Shown here piece by piece: positions 18,401-26,511 of a stretch of 64,000 nt of DNA. The stretch lies in NCBI GenBank assembly GCA_038851755.1, contig JAWCKR010000003.1:1-64000 (forward strand), in the 5' to 3' direction. Source of the DNA: Candidatus Hadarchaeales archaeon (lineage in GTDB: Archaea; Hadarchaeota; Hadarchaeia; Hadarchaeales; WYZ-LMO6). Under the pieces are notes generated by a model. That model had not been told where the DNA came from. It saw only the letters and a program-made list of their open reading frames with translations, and made no database searches. Made by a program: the position numbers and the translations under genes. How positions within the stretch are numbered: position 1 is the stretch's first letter; each line of letters begins with the position of its first letter.

Positions 18401-19360
18401 CGCAACAATTCTTGGAGGTATGAAATGGCGAATGGTGAAGAGTGGGGCAACGACTGGATCTTGGCCATCCCCATAGGCCTCCTCCGCGGCGACCCGGACC
18501 TTCCTGGCTTGGAGGACCTCCCGGAAGTGATATTTGATTGGACATTTTTCGCCCTCATCGGCAGCGCTGAGCCAGCCCAAGTGAGCGACAACGAGGGCCA
18601 CCGATCATTCATCCCGGAGGGTGGGCTGGACATCGACCCTGCGACTGGCATGCCGTATTGCCTGCCCATACCCATTCCAGCCGAAGGCGCGGATGCCTCG
18701 GTGGGATTGTTCTACGCCCCTCCAGGCCCTCATCGGATCGATGTCTCCGGCAGGGAATCGGGGAAGTACGACTTCCTCTACATGCCCATGGATGGGATGC
18801 TCATGACATTTGATGTGGAAACCTCGGCGGGCTCGAGGGACAACATAACCCTCAGGCCTCGGGAGCTCTCCACCACGTTTTCTACCCCGGATTCGAAGAA
18901 ATTCGGCTACAGGATGGTCCGAGAATTCAAGGATAGGAGGGTGGCCAGGATGTTCATCCTGGACAACATCCGGACCCACAGCGGGAGTCTGACCTTCTCC
19001 ACCACGCCCGAGGGTGATGTCCTCCTCGTCCGCAACGAAGGCGAGGCGACATCCTACGACCTCAGGATAGAGTACCTCGCCGAAAACGGGGAGCCACAGA
19101 GCTTCGAGTGGAAAGACCTTCCCCTGGGTGGTAACGAGACCCAGCGCATCTTCCCCTCTTCCTGGGAAAGCTTGAACACACAGGTCAAGATGGAGGTCGA
19201 TAAGGGCAGCGACGGTAGCTGGGAGGAAAGCGTGGAACTCTCTCCAGGGAGACCGTCGGCCGGGGGTAGGGTGACGTGGGTAGTGGTGGTGGGGATACTC
19301 GCGGGGGCCTTGATAGTGGGGATACTCGTTCTCCTGAGGAGGTTCAGGGGCGGTCGGTGA
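15479..19360 (+). CDS. Large secreted, C-terminally membrane-anchored multidomain protein (PNGGE Ig-like, TolB/PD40 beta-propeller, putative Ig repeats, papain-like domain)
   Basis: Signal peptide if started at ATA 15479; repeated P.(W/F/I)SPDG..I.F motifs; GGVGPFTW..GSLPAGLS..ISGTPT; GGNCTGMS / AHTVTAY / VYDSN; C-terminal TM followed by RRFR; visibly lower GC than flanks. Confidence 0.75.
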   Translation: MHLKKILALLLLVVILAGFAPEVQPVRASPFSITLVCPNGGELLMGGSEYRVEWVTSNPGYGYVKLLYSLDNGASWITIDNVPNSLVIGGNPAYVWTVPNVTSAHCRAKVLWHSGGFPSQLYASDVSDAEFTITPVQIYFSSGGDIKVVLAGGVGETNLTRSPEFWEHHPSASSDGKKVAFARMELDAGGAIVENTSEIWTMDSNGENQARITNNNVDDVEPAISPDGTKIVFSRFDAAGRFSNLYLFEGFMWSPTLRRYIPLETQLTSGNHQDRWPCFSPDGTKIVFSSNREGGKFQLYTLDISNPASVNRALPGVPPYTEKDQVTPDWSPDGKWFACSMKSETQSDIYIADSWGPVNTRRVFQLTSTSEVETSPSWSPDSGEMAFIKLRSGMDATIQELWAMKLETDNRVYIVENKLLKDMGSRAEFLTEFLEYGFTKRNEWIGYPSWRRLEGLRIPDVELEGRVDNSFSARLEVLGGVGPFTWTLIGSLPAGLSFSQGMKYPLDLSSLAFISGTPTEAVKDHSFSVRVVDNSGLTGQTSFLITIRPGRKLELVTTGRFLPPSVPGTRYHARVEFRGGLPPYRVKVESGIYGKDLPENLSWGLIERGDQLTVRFGAPENGMPCGRYAVRITVIDNLGDAVLGCFNLNVLKMEWNMRDVFGENLSAFVWGLPEEIGVENLITGLSIEAGGIEVNLPILGVSLSADREYHTITAPYPRDFSPWRSLFGPGVSTVVGKLKLGVRLDDNEAAVTADFPIHGYMFRRDSGFSFPNFSSTQISYDDFADFFGWGETTFWSFGERVPRPIPYLLWSLIPIGSGGNCTGMSVAGLDISRGVARSSDTSHPNLPHAMQRTGFNHLLAEPDESLETYIRQRQWWIVSMEFIRLFSTVIPAHTSWFRWSNKMLEDIERYGLPCYIAMFDGIVTSGGANAHTVTAYAMEDLPDGRKLLRVYDSNKPFSYTENWDDNSAIFVDPSRNNSWRYEMANGEEWGNDWILAIPIGLLRGDPDLPGLEDLPEVIFDWTFFALIGSAEPAQVSDNEGHRSFIPEGGLDIDPATGMPYCLPIPIPAEGADASVGLFYAPPGPHRIDVSGRESGKYDFLYMPMDGMLMTFDVETSAGSRDNITLRPRELSTTFSTPDSKKFGYRMVREFKDRRVARMFILDNIRTHSGSLTFSTTPEGDVLLVRNEGEATSYDLRIEYLAENGEPQSFEWKDLPLGGNETQRIFPSSWESLNTQVKMEVDKGSDGSWEESVELSPGRPSAGGRVTWVVVVGILAGALIVGILVLLRRFRGGR

Positions 19361-19364
19361 GGCT

Positions 19365-20399
19365 TCAGTCCTCCTCGAGCAGGGGCTTCAGGATCAGCTC
19401 GGGCCTGAACTCCACCAGGTCCTCGTAACCCTGCCCCACCCCCAGGAAGAGGATGGGCTTCCCGGTCACGTGGGTGATGGAGAGGGCGGCGCCCCCCCTG
19501 GCGTCGGCGTCCATCTTGCAGAGGATGGAGCCGTCTATCCCCACTTCCTGGTTGAAGGTCTTGGCCTGTTCCACCGCATCGTTCCCCGTCAGGGCGTCCC
19601 CCACGAAGATCTTCAGGTCCGGCTTGGTCACCCTCACGATCTTCCTCATCTCGTCCATCAGGTCCCGGTCGGTCTGCATCCTCCCCGCCGTGTCCACCAG
19701 CACCACCTGGAACCCCTTGGCCTTCGCGTGGGAGATGGCGTCGTAGGCCACCGCTGCGGCATCCGCTCCCTGGCGCTGCTTCACCAGCTCCACCCCCAGC
19801 CTCCGGGCGTGGGTCTCCAGCTGCTCTATCCCCCCCGCCCTGAAGGTGTCGGAAGCGGCCAGCACCACCCTCAGCCCCCTGTTTTGCAGGTACTTGGCCA
19901 GCTTGGCTATGGTGGTGGTCTTTCCCGTCCCGTTGATGCCGAAGAAGACCAGGACGGCGGGTTCGTTCCTCTCGTTCTTGGTCTTCACCACCTGGAGCAG
20001 GTCCACCTTCTCCCCAGGTTCCAGGATCTCCCTCATGGCATCCTCCAGCACGGACTCCGCCACCTTCTTTGGGTCCTCCCTCAGCCCCAGCTTCCTCCCC
20101 GTGAGCTTCTCCCTCACCCTGTTGAGGATCTCATCGGCCACGGGCACGGCCACGTCGCTCTCGAGCAGGGAAACCTGCAGGTCCCAGAGGATGTCCTCCA
20201 GGTCGGCGGGGGAGAGTTCAACGCCCGCCACCTTCTTCAGGGCCCTCTTCACCCCCAGCTTGGGGGAGACCTTGGAGGGCCTTTTGGGCTTTGCCTCGGG
20301 TTTTTCCTCCTCCTCGGGAGGGGCAGCGGCCTTCTCCTCGAGTTTCTTGGTGAGCTTCGCCTTTACCTTGCGGAGCTTCTCCTTGAGTTTCTCGAGCAT
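19365..20399 (-). CDS. ftsY: Signal recognition particle receptor
   Basis: GINGTGKTTTIAKLA, DTFRAG, DTAGR, KMDADARGG. Confidence 0.96.
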   Translation of the reverse strand: MLEKLKEKLRKVKAKLTKKLEEKAAAPPEEEEKPEAKPKRPSKVSPKLGVKRALKKVAGVELSPADLEDILWDLQVSLLESDVAVPVADEILNRVREKLTGRKLGLREDPKKVAESVLEDAMREILEPGEKVDLLQVVKTKNERNEPAVLVFFGINGTGKTTTIAKLAKYLQNRGLRVVLAASDTFRAGGIEQLETHARRLGVELVKQRQGADAAAVAYDAISHAKAKGFQVVLVDTAGRMQTDRDLMDEMRKIVRVTKPDLKIFVGDALTGNDAVEQAKTFNQEVGIDGSILCKMDADARGGAALSITHVTGKPILFLGVGQGYEDLVEFRPELILKPLLEED

Positions 20400-20400
20400 C

Positions 20401-20838
20401 TCACTTTTCCCTGGTCTTCGAAAGGAGCTTTTCTATTCCCGGTCGGAGGGATTCCATCCTCTGCTCCAGGTTGGCCATCTCCGACCTGAGCTGCTGCACG
20501 GCCTTCCCCACCTCCGAGGACTTCTCCTCCAGGAACTTCAGGGCCTCGTCGGGAGTCCTCTCCACCACCACCTCCGCCCCCACCCCGGTCAGGATCTTCT
20601 CCAGGGGCATCAACCTGGCCCTCACGAAGGAGCCAGAGCCTATGGGGGTGAGGACCTCCGTTCCCTCCGGGACCTCCTTGAGCTTCTTGATGGTTTCGAT
20701 GGTGGAGGAAAGCTCCGAGAGGGTGGTGTTCAGGAGAGCCACCTGTTCCCTCATGGCCTCCATGAGGGCCCTGCCCCTGTTCAGCTCCAGGATGGACCTT
20801 TCCAGTTCCTCTCTCTCTTCCTCCGTGAGTTCGGGCAT
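20401..20838 (-). CDS. pfdA: Prefoldin alpha subunit
   Basis: Coiled coil - PIGSGSFV..GVGAEVVVE hairpins - coiled coil; conserved position before ftsY. Confidence 0.9.
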   Translation of the reverse strand: MPELTEEEREELERSILELNRGRALMEAMREQVALLNTTLSELSSTIETIKKLKEVPEGTEVLTPIGSGSFVRARLMPLEKILTGVGAEVVVERTPDEALKFLEEKSSEVGKAVQQLRSEMANLEQRMESLRPGIEKLLSKTREK

Positions 20839-20888
20839 CCTATTCCTTCTCACGTTCCCCCTATATCAGTTTCCCCCTTTGAGCAGGG

Positions 20889-21557
20889 TCACCGCTCGGG
20901 GGAATGGAGGGCTTTCTCTATGAGCCCGAGCTCCGCCCCCGTGGTGGGTCCCCCGGCCAAAAAGCCCCTGGAGTTGGCGGCCACGCATATGCCCACGTAC
21001 TTCTCCCCGTCGCACGCCGTTCCCGTGGACACGGGCACCCCCAGTGCTTCCCTCGCCTTCTCCATTTCCTCCTCCGTGGTGTCCGGGTGGAGGAGCGCAC
21101 CCCTGTTGGTGACCACGCCTGCGCTTCCCACCGTCTTGAGTCCCGAGAGCGTGCCCCTTTCCAGCGGTACCCCCAGGGCGGAGCTCAGCTCCTCCACCGT
21201 TCTGGCCGGAAGGGCGGGGCTGACCAGTCCTCCTTTGTCGTTCACCAGGAGGAGGTTGCCCAGAGCGGTGAACTTTCCCTGGATCCTGTACACCTCCACC
21301 CCACCTTCCCTGAGGCTTCTCTCCTCCTCTTCCCCCATCAGGGAGGGAGCCACGAGGGCGCGGGAGTTCCCCGCCAGGAAGACCCCGAGCAGGGACGATC
21401 CCATCACCTCGGCCCTGATGACGGGGACGCCCAGCTTCTCCTCCAGCTCTTCCTCGTCCAGCTTCAGGTTCCGGGGGAAGACCGCCACGGAGTCGGTGAC
21501 GAGGCAGAAAAGTCCCAGATAGGGGATCCTTCCGAAGTTGAGGCGCAGGAAGGGCAT
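20889..21557 (-). CDS. eif6: Translation initiation factor aIF6
   Basis: GNSRALV, GNLLLVNDKG, VGSAGVVTNRGALLHP, ANSRG..G..TTGAEL. Confidence 0.92.
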   Translation of the reverse strand: MPFLRLNFGRIPYLGLFCLVTDSVAVFPRNLKLDEEELEEKLGVPVIRAEVMGSSLLGVFLAGNSRALVAPSLMGEEEERSLREGGVEVYRIQGKFTALGNLLLVNDKGGLVSPALPARTVEELSSALGVPLERGTLSGLKTVGSAGVVTNRGALLHPDTTEEEMEKAREALGVPVSTGTACDGEKYVGICVAANSRGFLAGGPTTGAELGLIEKALHSPER

Positions 21558-21563
21558 TAGACC

Positions 21564-21815
21564 TTACTCCGCGGAGAAGACCTCCACCGAGCCGTCCTCC
21601 TTCTTCACGGCCCTGATCCTCACCTTGGAGGGAGGTTTCTTGGCCCCCCTGGCCCAGACCTTCTTGTTCACTTCCCCGTCTATCTTTACTCTTTCCGTTT
21701 TCATGTGTCTCTCCACGAACTCCCTGATGAGGTCCATGGCCTTGGCCGCCCTCTTGTACCTGGCCTTCTCCCGGACTTCCCGCAGCGGTACCACATAGAT
21801 CCTTTCTTCGGGCAT
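21564..21815 (-). CDS. rpl31e: 50S ribosomal protein L31e
   Basis: ERIYVVPLR, KRAAKA, VWARG..KPP. Confidence 0.93.
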   Translation of the reverse strand: MPEERIYVVPLREVREKARYKRAAKAMDLIREFVERHMKTERVKIDGEVNKKVWARGAKKPPSKVRIRAVKKEDGSVEVFSAE

Positions 21816-21824
21816 GGTCACCGC

Positions 21825-21980
21825 CTACGGCTTTATCTTGGACCGGTACCAGCGCCTGCGCTTCATGCTGTCCCTCACCCTCCCCCTGGTCTTCATCACC
21901 GCCCAGATGGGGGCCCTCCTGGTCTTCCTCCCGGCCCTCTGGAGCTTTTTCTTCAGCGTCAGTGACTTGTTCCTGCTCAT
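21825..21980 (-). CDS. rpl39e: 50S ribosomal protein L39e (not in ORF track, 51 aa)
   Basis: Manual translation MSRNKSLTLKKKLQRAGRKTRRAPIWAVMKT...RRRWYRSKIKP; conserved position. Confidence 0.92.
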   Translation of the reverse strand: MSRNKSLTLKKKLQRAGRKTRRAPIWAVMKTRGRVRDSMKRRRWYRSKIKP

Positions 21981-22313
21981 CTAGATCCTCCTTATCTTGG
22001 TCTCCCTCCTCCTCTCCTGCAACCTCCTCAGGAGCTCCCTGAGCTGATCGTCGGTGAGGGGGGCCCTCAGCCTTCCCGACTGGGCAAGCGCGATCAGTTC
22101 CACCTCTAGGCTCTCCGCGAACTCGGGCTTCACCATCTTGAGGTTGGCGAGCCTGCTCCTGGCCTCAGGGGTGAGGATCTGCTGCAGGATGAGCCTCTTC
22201 TGGAGCTCCAGCTCCCTCCTCATCTCCTCCCTCCTCTGCTGCTCCTGCAGCTGGGCCTGCAGCTCCAGCATTTTCCTCCTCCTTATCTCCTCCAGCTCAG
22301 CTTCCTCCTCCAG
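21981..22313 (-). CDS. PDCD5-family DNA-binding protein
   Basis: [10 protein letters not shown]...[19 protein letters not shown]...TDDQLRELL; start uncertain (CTG). Confidence 0.88.
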   Translation of the reverse strand: MEEEAELEEIRRRKMLELQAQLQEQQRREEMRRELELQKRLILQQILTPEARSRLANLKMVKPEFAESLEVELIALAQSGRLRAPLTDDQLRELLRRLQERRRETKIRRI

Positions 22314-22734
22314 AGCCCATCCCCCCTTTGAGTTCCCCGGAGAGCTTTTCCAGGAGTTCTGCCCCCTTCCTGGTGACCTTCCTCCCCTCCTTTTCCTTCC
22401 TCTCCACCAGCCCTGCCTTCTCCAGCTGCTGCAGGAGGTTCCTGAGGATTTTACCCCCCCCTCTCCTGAAGTGCTCGGGTGCGACACCCCTTTTCTTCCT
22501 CCCCCCGTAGTGGACGCGCAGTCTGGAGACCCCCACGGGACCGTTCAGGTAGAGCCTCCTCAGGAGGGAAGCCGCCCTCACGTACCACCAGTCTGGTTGC
22601 TCCGGAGGTCTTTCCTTGTGGACCCCCGTTTTCACGTACCTGCTCCACTCCGGGGGCTTCAGCTCCTCCAGCTTCTTCAGCTCCTCCGCCGTCCTGGCTA
22701 TGAGCTGCTGAGAGGGAACTTCCCTAACGGACAT
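22297..22734 (-). CDS. rps19e: 30S ribosomal protein S19e
   Basis: [39 protein letters not shown]. Confidence 0.95.
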   Translation of the reverse strand: MSVREVPSQQLIARTAEELKKLEELKPPEWSRYVKTGVHKERPPEQPDWWYVRAASLLRRLYLNGPVGVSRLRVHYGGRKKRGVAPEHFRRGGGKILRNLLQQLEKAGLVERKEKEGRKVTRKGAELLEKLSGELKGGMGSGGGS

Positions 22735-23071
22735 CTTTTCCGTCTTCCCGCCGCCGCTTATTAATCCTATCGCCCTTCTCGCCCCTCAGTGGAAGGCGCG
22801 TGAGGTGCCCGCACTCCAGGCAGACCCTCACCACCCTCCCCGCCCTCACCCTCACCCTGCAGGAAACCCCAGGCTTCAGCGGGCTCCTGCACTTCCTGCA
22901 GAACCTTCCGCGCAGGTGGGTGGGCAGCCTCACCCTGTGGCGGAGCTTCAGCCTCCAGGCCAGCTCCAGGTACCTCCTGGCGAGGCCCTTCTCCTGGGGC
23001 CAGGCCTCCTCCGCCAGCTGCACCAGCCTCTCTATCCTCTCCAGGGCCAGGGTTTTCTGGTCCTCCTTCAC
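22724..23071 (-). CDS. rnp4: Ribonuclease P protein component 4 (Rpp21)
   Basis: ALERIERL, ARRY, FCRKC..LKPG..RVRV..CLECG zinc ribbon; GTG start overlaps nep1 stop. Confidence 0.9.
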   Translation of the reverse strand: MKEDQKTLALERIERLVQLAEEAWPQEKGLARRYLELAWRLKLRHRVRLPTHLRGRFCRKCRSPLKPGVSCRVRVRAGRVVRVCLECGHLTRLPLRGEKGDRINKRRREDGKDVR

Positions 23072-23748
23072 TTCCTCCCCAGCCTCCTCTCCTGGATTTC
23101 CCTCTCCTCTTCGTAGGAGAAGATCAGCCTGGCCACGATGGTGCTGGAGGGGAGGGGTTCCGGGTCCACGCACACCCTCTCCACGGGGAAGCCCTCCAGG
23201 TCGGAGAGGTACCCCCCCTCTGCGAAGCCTCCCACCACCGCGCACACCTCGTTCTCCTCGTGGTAGAGCTCCCCCCAGAGCCTGGGCTCCCCCGCCGGGT
23301 CGAGCATCAGGGTTCTGGGGGCCCCTATCCTCCTCAGGAGCTCGGCCAGCTTTTCCTTCCTCAACCTCATCCTTTCCCCCTCCGTCCTCCCCCTCAGGAA
23401 GAGCTCCTCCATCAGCCCCGCGAACCTGTGGAAGGACCTGGGCAGCCTCGTCTCCGGGTCCACCTCGATGACCTCGTCGTTCCTGGTGTGGACGTAGACC
23501 CTCAGCAGGCCCTCCCTGTTGAGGGGGGAGTCCAGGCTGAGGAGCAGGCAGCGGTGCACGATGTCCGGTCTCCCCCTCCTGTGCCCGTCCTCCAGCCTCC
23601 GCATGGCTGGGTAGAAGAGGCTGGAGTCCAGGAGGAGCTCCGTGGGCCTCCTCCCCCTCCTCCTGGCCCACCACCTCACCACTCTGTGGTCCGCTATCTC
23701 GGGGGGCACCCTCTCCAGCTCGCAGTCGGCCAGCACCAGGTGGAGCAT
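23068..23748 (-). CDS. nep1: 16S rRNA pseudouridine N1-methyltransferase Nep1/Emg1
   Basis: LLDSS..., RGRPDIVH..LL..LDSPLN, RLPRS..RF.GL, VGGF. Confidence 0.9.
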   Translation of the reverse strand: MLHLVLADCELERVPPEIADHRVVRWWARRRGRRPTELLLDSSLFYPAMRRLEDGHRRGRPDIVHRCLLLSLDSPLNREGLLRVYVHTRNDEVIEVDPETRLPRSFHRFAGLMEELFLRGRTEGERMRLRKEKLAELLRRIGAPRTLMLDPAGEPRLWGELYHEENEVCAVVGGFAEGGYLSDLEGFPVERVCVDPEPLPSSTIVARLIFSYEEEREIQERRLGRK

Positions 23749-23811
23749 CAGGTAGCTTTCTCCCCCGAGGAAAAAGCTTTTTAAAGGTTTCCGTGAAGGG
23801 GAGGGGATAAG

Positions 23812-23997
23812 ATGGACCTGCAAACGGTGCTGCTGCTGGTGAGCGGCCTGTACCTGCTGGTGATCTTCGCGGTGCTGGGAAGGCTGGGGCTGAAGGGAGA
23901 TCTCCCCAAGTTCGTGGCGGTGATGAGGGCCGCCGTGCCCGTGGGGATGATCCTTGGCCTCGTGGACCTGATCGTCCTCGCCCTGAACCAGCTCTAG
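23812..23997 (+). CDS. Small two-TM hypothetical membrane protein
   Basis: 61-aa ORF with host codon usage, SD and upstream TTTTTAAA. Confidence 0.6.
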   Translation: MDLQTVLLLVSGLYLLVIFAVLGRLGLKGDLPKFVAVMRAAVPVGMILGLVDLIVLALNQL

Positions 23998-24021
23998 GGA
24001 CGGGCCTCCTCCTACAGCAAG

Positions 24022-24029
24022 TTTTATAG
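24022..24029 (+). promoter_or_regulatory. Probable TATA box of the (likely leaderless) dehydratase transcript
   Basis: TTTTATAG about 24 nt before GTG 24053. Confidence 0.5.
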
Positions 24030-24052
24030 GGGAGCGGTAAGACCGTTTTTGC

Positions 24053-25483
24053 GTGAGGAGTTCGGAGGAGTACCGAGCGGCGCTCCGCCGGATGAAGAAG
24101 AACGTCTACATAGACGGTAAGCTGGTGGAGAGGGACGATCCCCTCCTCCAGCCCTCCCTGAACGTCCTCTCCAAGAGCTTCGACCTGGTGGAGGACCCGA
24201 ACTTCAAGGACCTCCTCGTCACCAGGTCCCACCTGGACGGGAGGCCCATCAACCGCTTCACCCACATCAACCAGAGCGCCGAGGACCTCCTGAAGAAGCA
24301 GGAGCTGATAAGGAAGGCCTGTCACCTCACGGGGGGGTGCATCCAGAGGTGCATGGGCTGCGACGCCATCAACGCCCTCTCCGTGATCACGTACGAGACG
24401 GACAAGGCCCACGGCACGGACTACCACAGGAGGTTCACGGAGTACCTGAAGTACTTCCAGAAGGAGGACCTCACGGCTGCCATGGCCCAGACGGACGTGA
24501 AGGGGGACAGGAGCCTGAGGCCCCACCAGCAGAAGGACCCCGACCTCTACGTGAGGGTGGTGGAGAGGAGGTCAGACGGGATCGTGGTGAGGGGGGCCAA
24601 GAACCACATCACCATGGCGGCCAACGCCGACGAGATCATCTGTGTGCCCACCAGGGCGATGGGGGAGGAGGATGGGGACTGGGCCGTGGCCTTCTCCCTC
24701 CCCGCCGACACGGAGGGGGTGAAGCTCATCACCCACGTGGCCAACGCCAGGCCCAGGGAGCACCTGAAGGCCCCCATGGGGGAGCTTGGTGCGGCGGACT
24801 CCTTCGTCATCTTCGACGACGTGTTCGTTCCGGAGGACAGGGTGTTCATGTGCGGGGAGTGGGAGTTCGCGGGTCTTCTGGCCCACGCCTCCGGCGGTCT
24901 CTTCCACAGGCACAGCTACTGCGGCTGCAAGCCCGCCCTCACCGACCTGGTGATGGGTTCCGTGGCCCTCACCGCCGACTATCAGGGGATTGCCAACAAG
25001 CCCCACGTGCGCTCCAGGCTGGCCGAGCTGGCCTGCGTGGCGGAGCTGGTCTATGCCGCAGGAATAGCGGCGGCGGTCACCGGTGAGAAGCACGCTTCCG
25101 GTACCTTCCTGCCCAACATGGTGTACGTGAACATGGGGAGGAGGCACGCCGGGCTCAACGTGTACAAGGAGCTGGAGATCCTCACGGAAATAGCCGGGGG
25201 GCTCCCCGCTACCCTTCCCTTCGAGGGGGACTTCCTCAACCCCGAGACGGGGAAGTACCTGGAGAAGTACATCATGAGGAGAGCAGGGGTGCCTGCGGAG
25301 AACATCCACCGCTGCTTCCGCATGCTCTCCGACATGCTGGCCTCCTCCCTCGGGGGGGTGATGGCCATAGCGGGGGTGCACGGGGGAGGGTCCCCCATCA
25401 TGGAGGAAATTTTGATCCTCCTGACCTACGACTTCGACTCCAAGAAGGAACTGGTGAAGTACCTGGCGGGGATAAAGGACTGA
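24053..25483 (+). CDS. abfD: 4-hydroxybutyryl-CoA dehydratase (AbfD/HpaB family, FAD and [4Fe-4S])
   Basis: CIQRC and HRHSYCGC cluster ligands, TDVKGDRS, GIVVRGAK.HIT, HGGGSP. Confidence 0.8.
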   Translation: MRSSEEYRAALRRMKKNVYIDGKLVERDDPLLQPSLNVLSKSFDLVEDPNFKDLLVTRSHLDGRPINRFTHINQSAEDLLKKQELIRKACHLTGGCIQRCMGCDAINALSVITYETDKAHGTDYHRRFTEYLKYFQKEDLTAAMAQTDVKGDRSLRPHQQKDPDLYVRVVERRSDGIVVRGAKNHITMAANADEIICVPTRAMGEEDGDWAVAFSLPADTEGVKLITHVANARPREHLKAPMGELGAADSFVIFDDVFVPEDRVFMCGEWEFAGLLAHASGGLFHRHSYCGCKPALTDLVMGSVALTADYQGIANKPHVRSRLAELACVAELVYAAGIAAAVTGEKHASGTFLPNMVYVNMGRRHAGLNVYKELEILTEIAGGLPATLPFEGDFLNPETGKYLEKYIMRRAGVPAENIHRCFRMLSDMLASSLGGVMAIAGVHGGGSPIMEEILILLTYDFDSKKELVKYLAGIKD

Positions 25484-25487
25484 GACT

Positions 25488-25766
25488 ATGGGGGAGAGAG
25501 CGGAGGCTTTAATCAGGATTCCGCTTGCCTTCGTCTACGGTATTATCGCCTGGGCCTGGGGCCTCCTCACGGGCCTGGCGGTGATCGTCCACTGGTTCCA
25601 CGCCCTCATCCTGGGCAGGAGGCACAGGGGCATAGCCGAGTTCACCAACCGCTTCATAGCCTACGTCTACGAAGTCTACCGCTACCTTTACATGGTGACG
25701 AACGAGCGTCCCTGGCCCGTGGGCAAGAGCAGGAAGCCACCGCCCCATCCCGTGAAGATGGAGTAG
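25488..25766 (+). CDS. Small membrane protein, DUF4389-like
   Basis: RIPLA..W..VHWF..LI.GRR...Y...YL..T.ERP pattern. Confidence 0.6.
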   Translation: MGERAEALIRIPLAFVYGIIAWAWGLLTGLAVIVHWFHALILGRRHRGIAEFTNRFIAYVYEVYRYLYMVTNERPWPVGKSRKPPPHPVKME

Positions 25767-25767
25767 G

Positions 25768-26511
25768 CTACTTCTCCCTCCACCTAGAGCCATAACGGGC
25801 GAGCATCCACAGGATCAGGGCTTCCACGACGAGGGAGATCCAGGCCATCCTCACCAAACCTTGGGAGAGGCGGGTGAGTCCGGTTTCTTGTTGGAGGATG
25901 GTGGCCCCGGCACCCGTGGGCACCAGCAGGGAGAGGGGTCGCAGATTGGGTGAGAGGAGGGTCGCCGGGTAGTAGAGGGGAGGCAGGACGCTGAAGAGGA
26001 TGGAGAGGACACCCACCAGCGGCCAAGCGTGCCTGGGCTCCCGGATGAAGGTGGAGAGGGTGAAGCCCAGGGAAGTGAAGGAGATCCAGACCAGCAGCAG
26101 GACGATGGCGAGCACGGGCACCTGCGGGAGGGAGAGGGGACCGGAGAAATAGGAGATGGCGGCGAGCAGGAGGACCCCAGGCAGGGAGTAGAACAGGCTC
26201 GAGAGGGCCAGCCCGAAGAGGTAGGCGGAGGGGGAGACGGGGGAGGCCACGAACATGTCCTGCACCTTGCAGATGGTCTTGAAGTAAACCACGTCCCCCA
26301 GCACCTCGATGCCCGTGTAGGCGAAGATGCTCAGGAAGCCGCCCAAGACGGCGAAGTCCATCAGCTCCATGGAGTAGAGCCTGAGGAGGAAGAGGAGGGA
26401 GAGGGGGAACATCAGGTAGGAGAGGACCCAGAAGGGGGTGCGCCTGACGGGGATCACCCCGTTCAGCCACCCCAGGACAAGGGAGGCCCTAAGCTGCCTG
26501 CGCAGACTCAT
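25768..26511 (-). CDS. ABC-2 type exporter permease
   Basis: Six-TM pattern, ASPVSP, PPLYYP; follows ATPase. Confidence 0.8.
   Translation of the reverse strand: MSLRRQLRASLVLGWLNGVIPVRRTPFWVLSYLMFPLSLLFLLRLYSMELMDFAVLGGFLSIFAYTGIEVLGDVVYFKTICKVQDMFVASPVSPSAYLFGLALSSLFYSLPGVLLLAAISYFSGPLSLPQVPVLAIVLLLVWISFTSLGFTLSTFIREPRHAWPLVGVLSILFSVLPPLYYPATLLSPNLRPLSLLVPTGAGATILQQETGLTRLSQGLVRMAWISLVVEALILWMLARYGSRWREK

Noticed and set aside
23072-24526. 600-aa ORF apparently fusing a long N-terminus to Rpp21
   Set aside because: The upstream part overlaps nep1 and the dehydratase gene; Rpp21 starts at GTG 23071.
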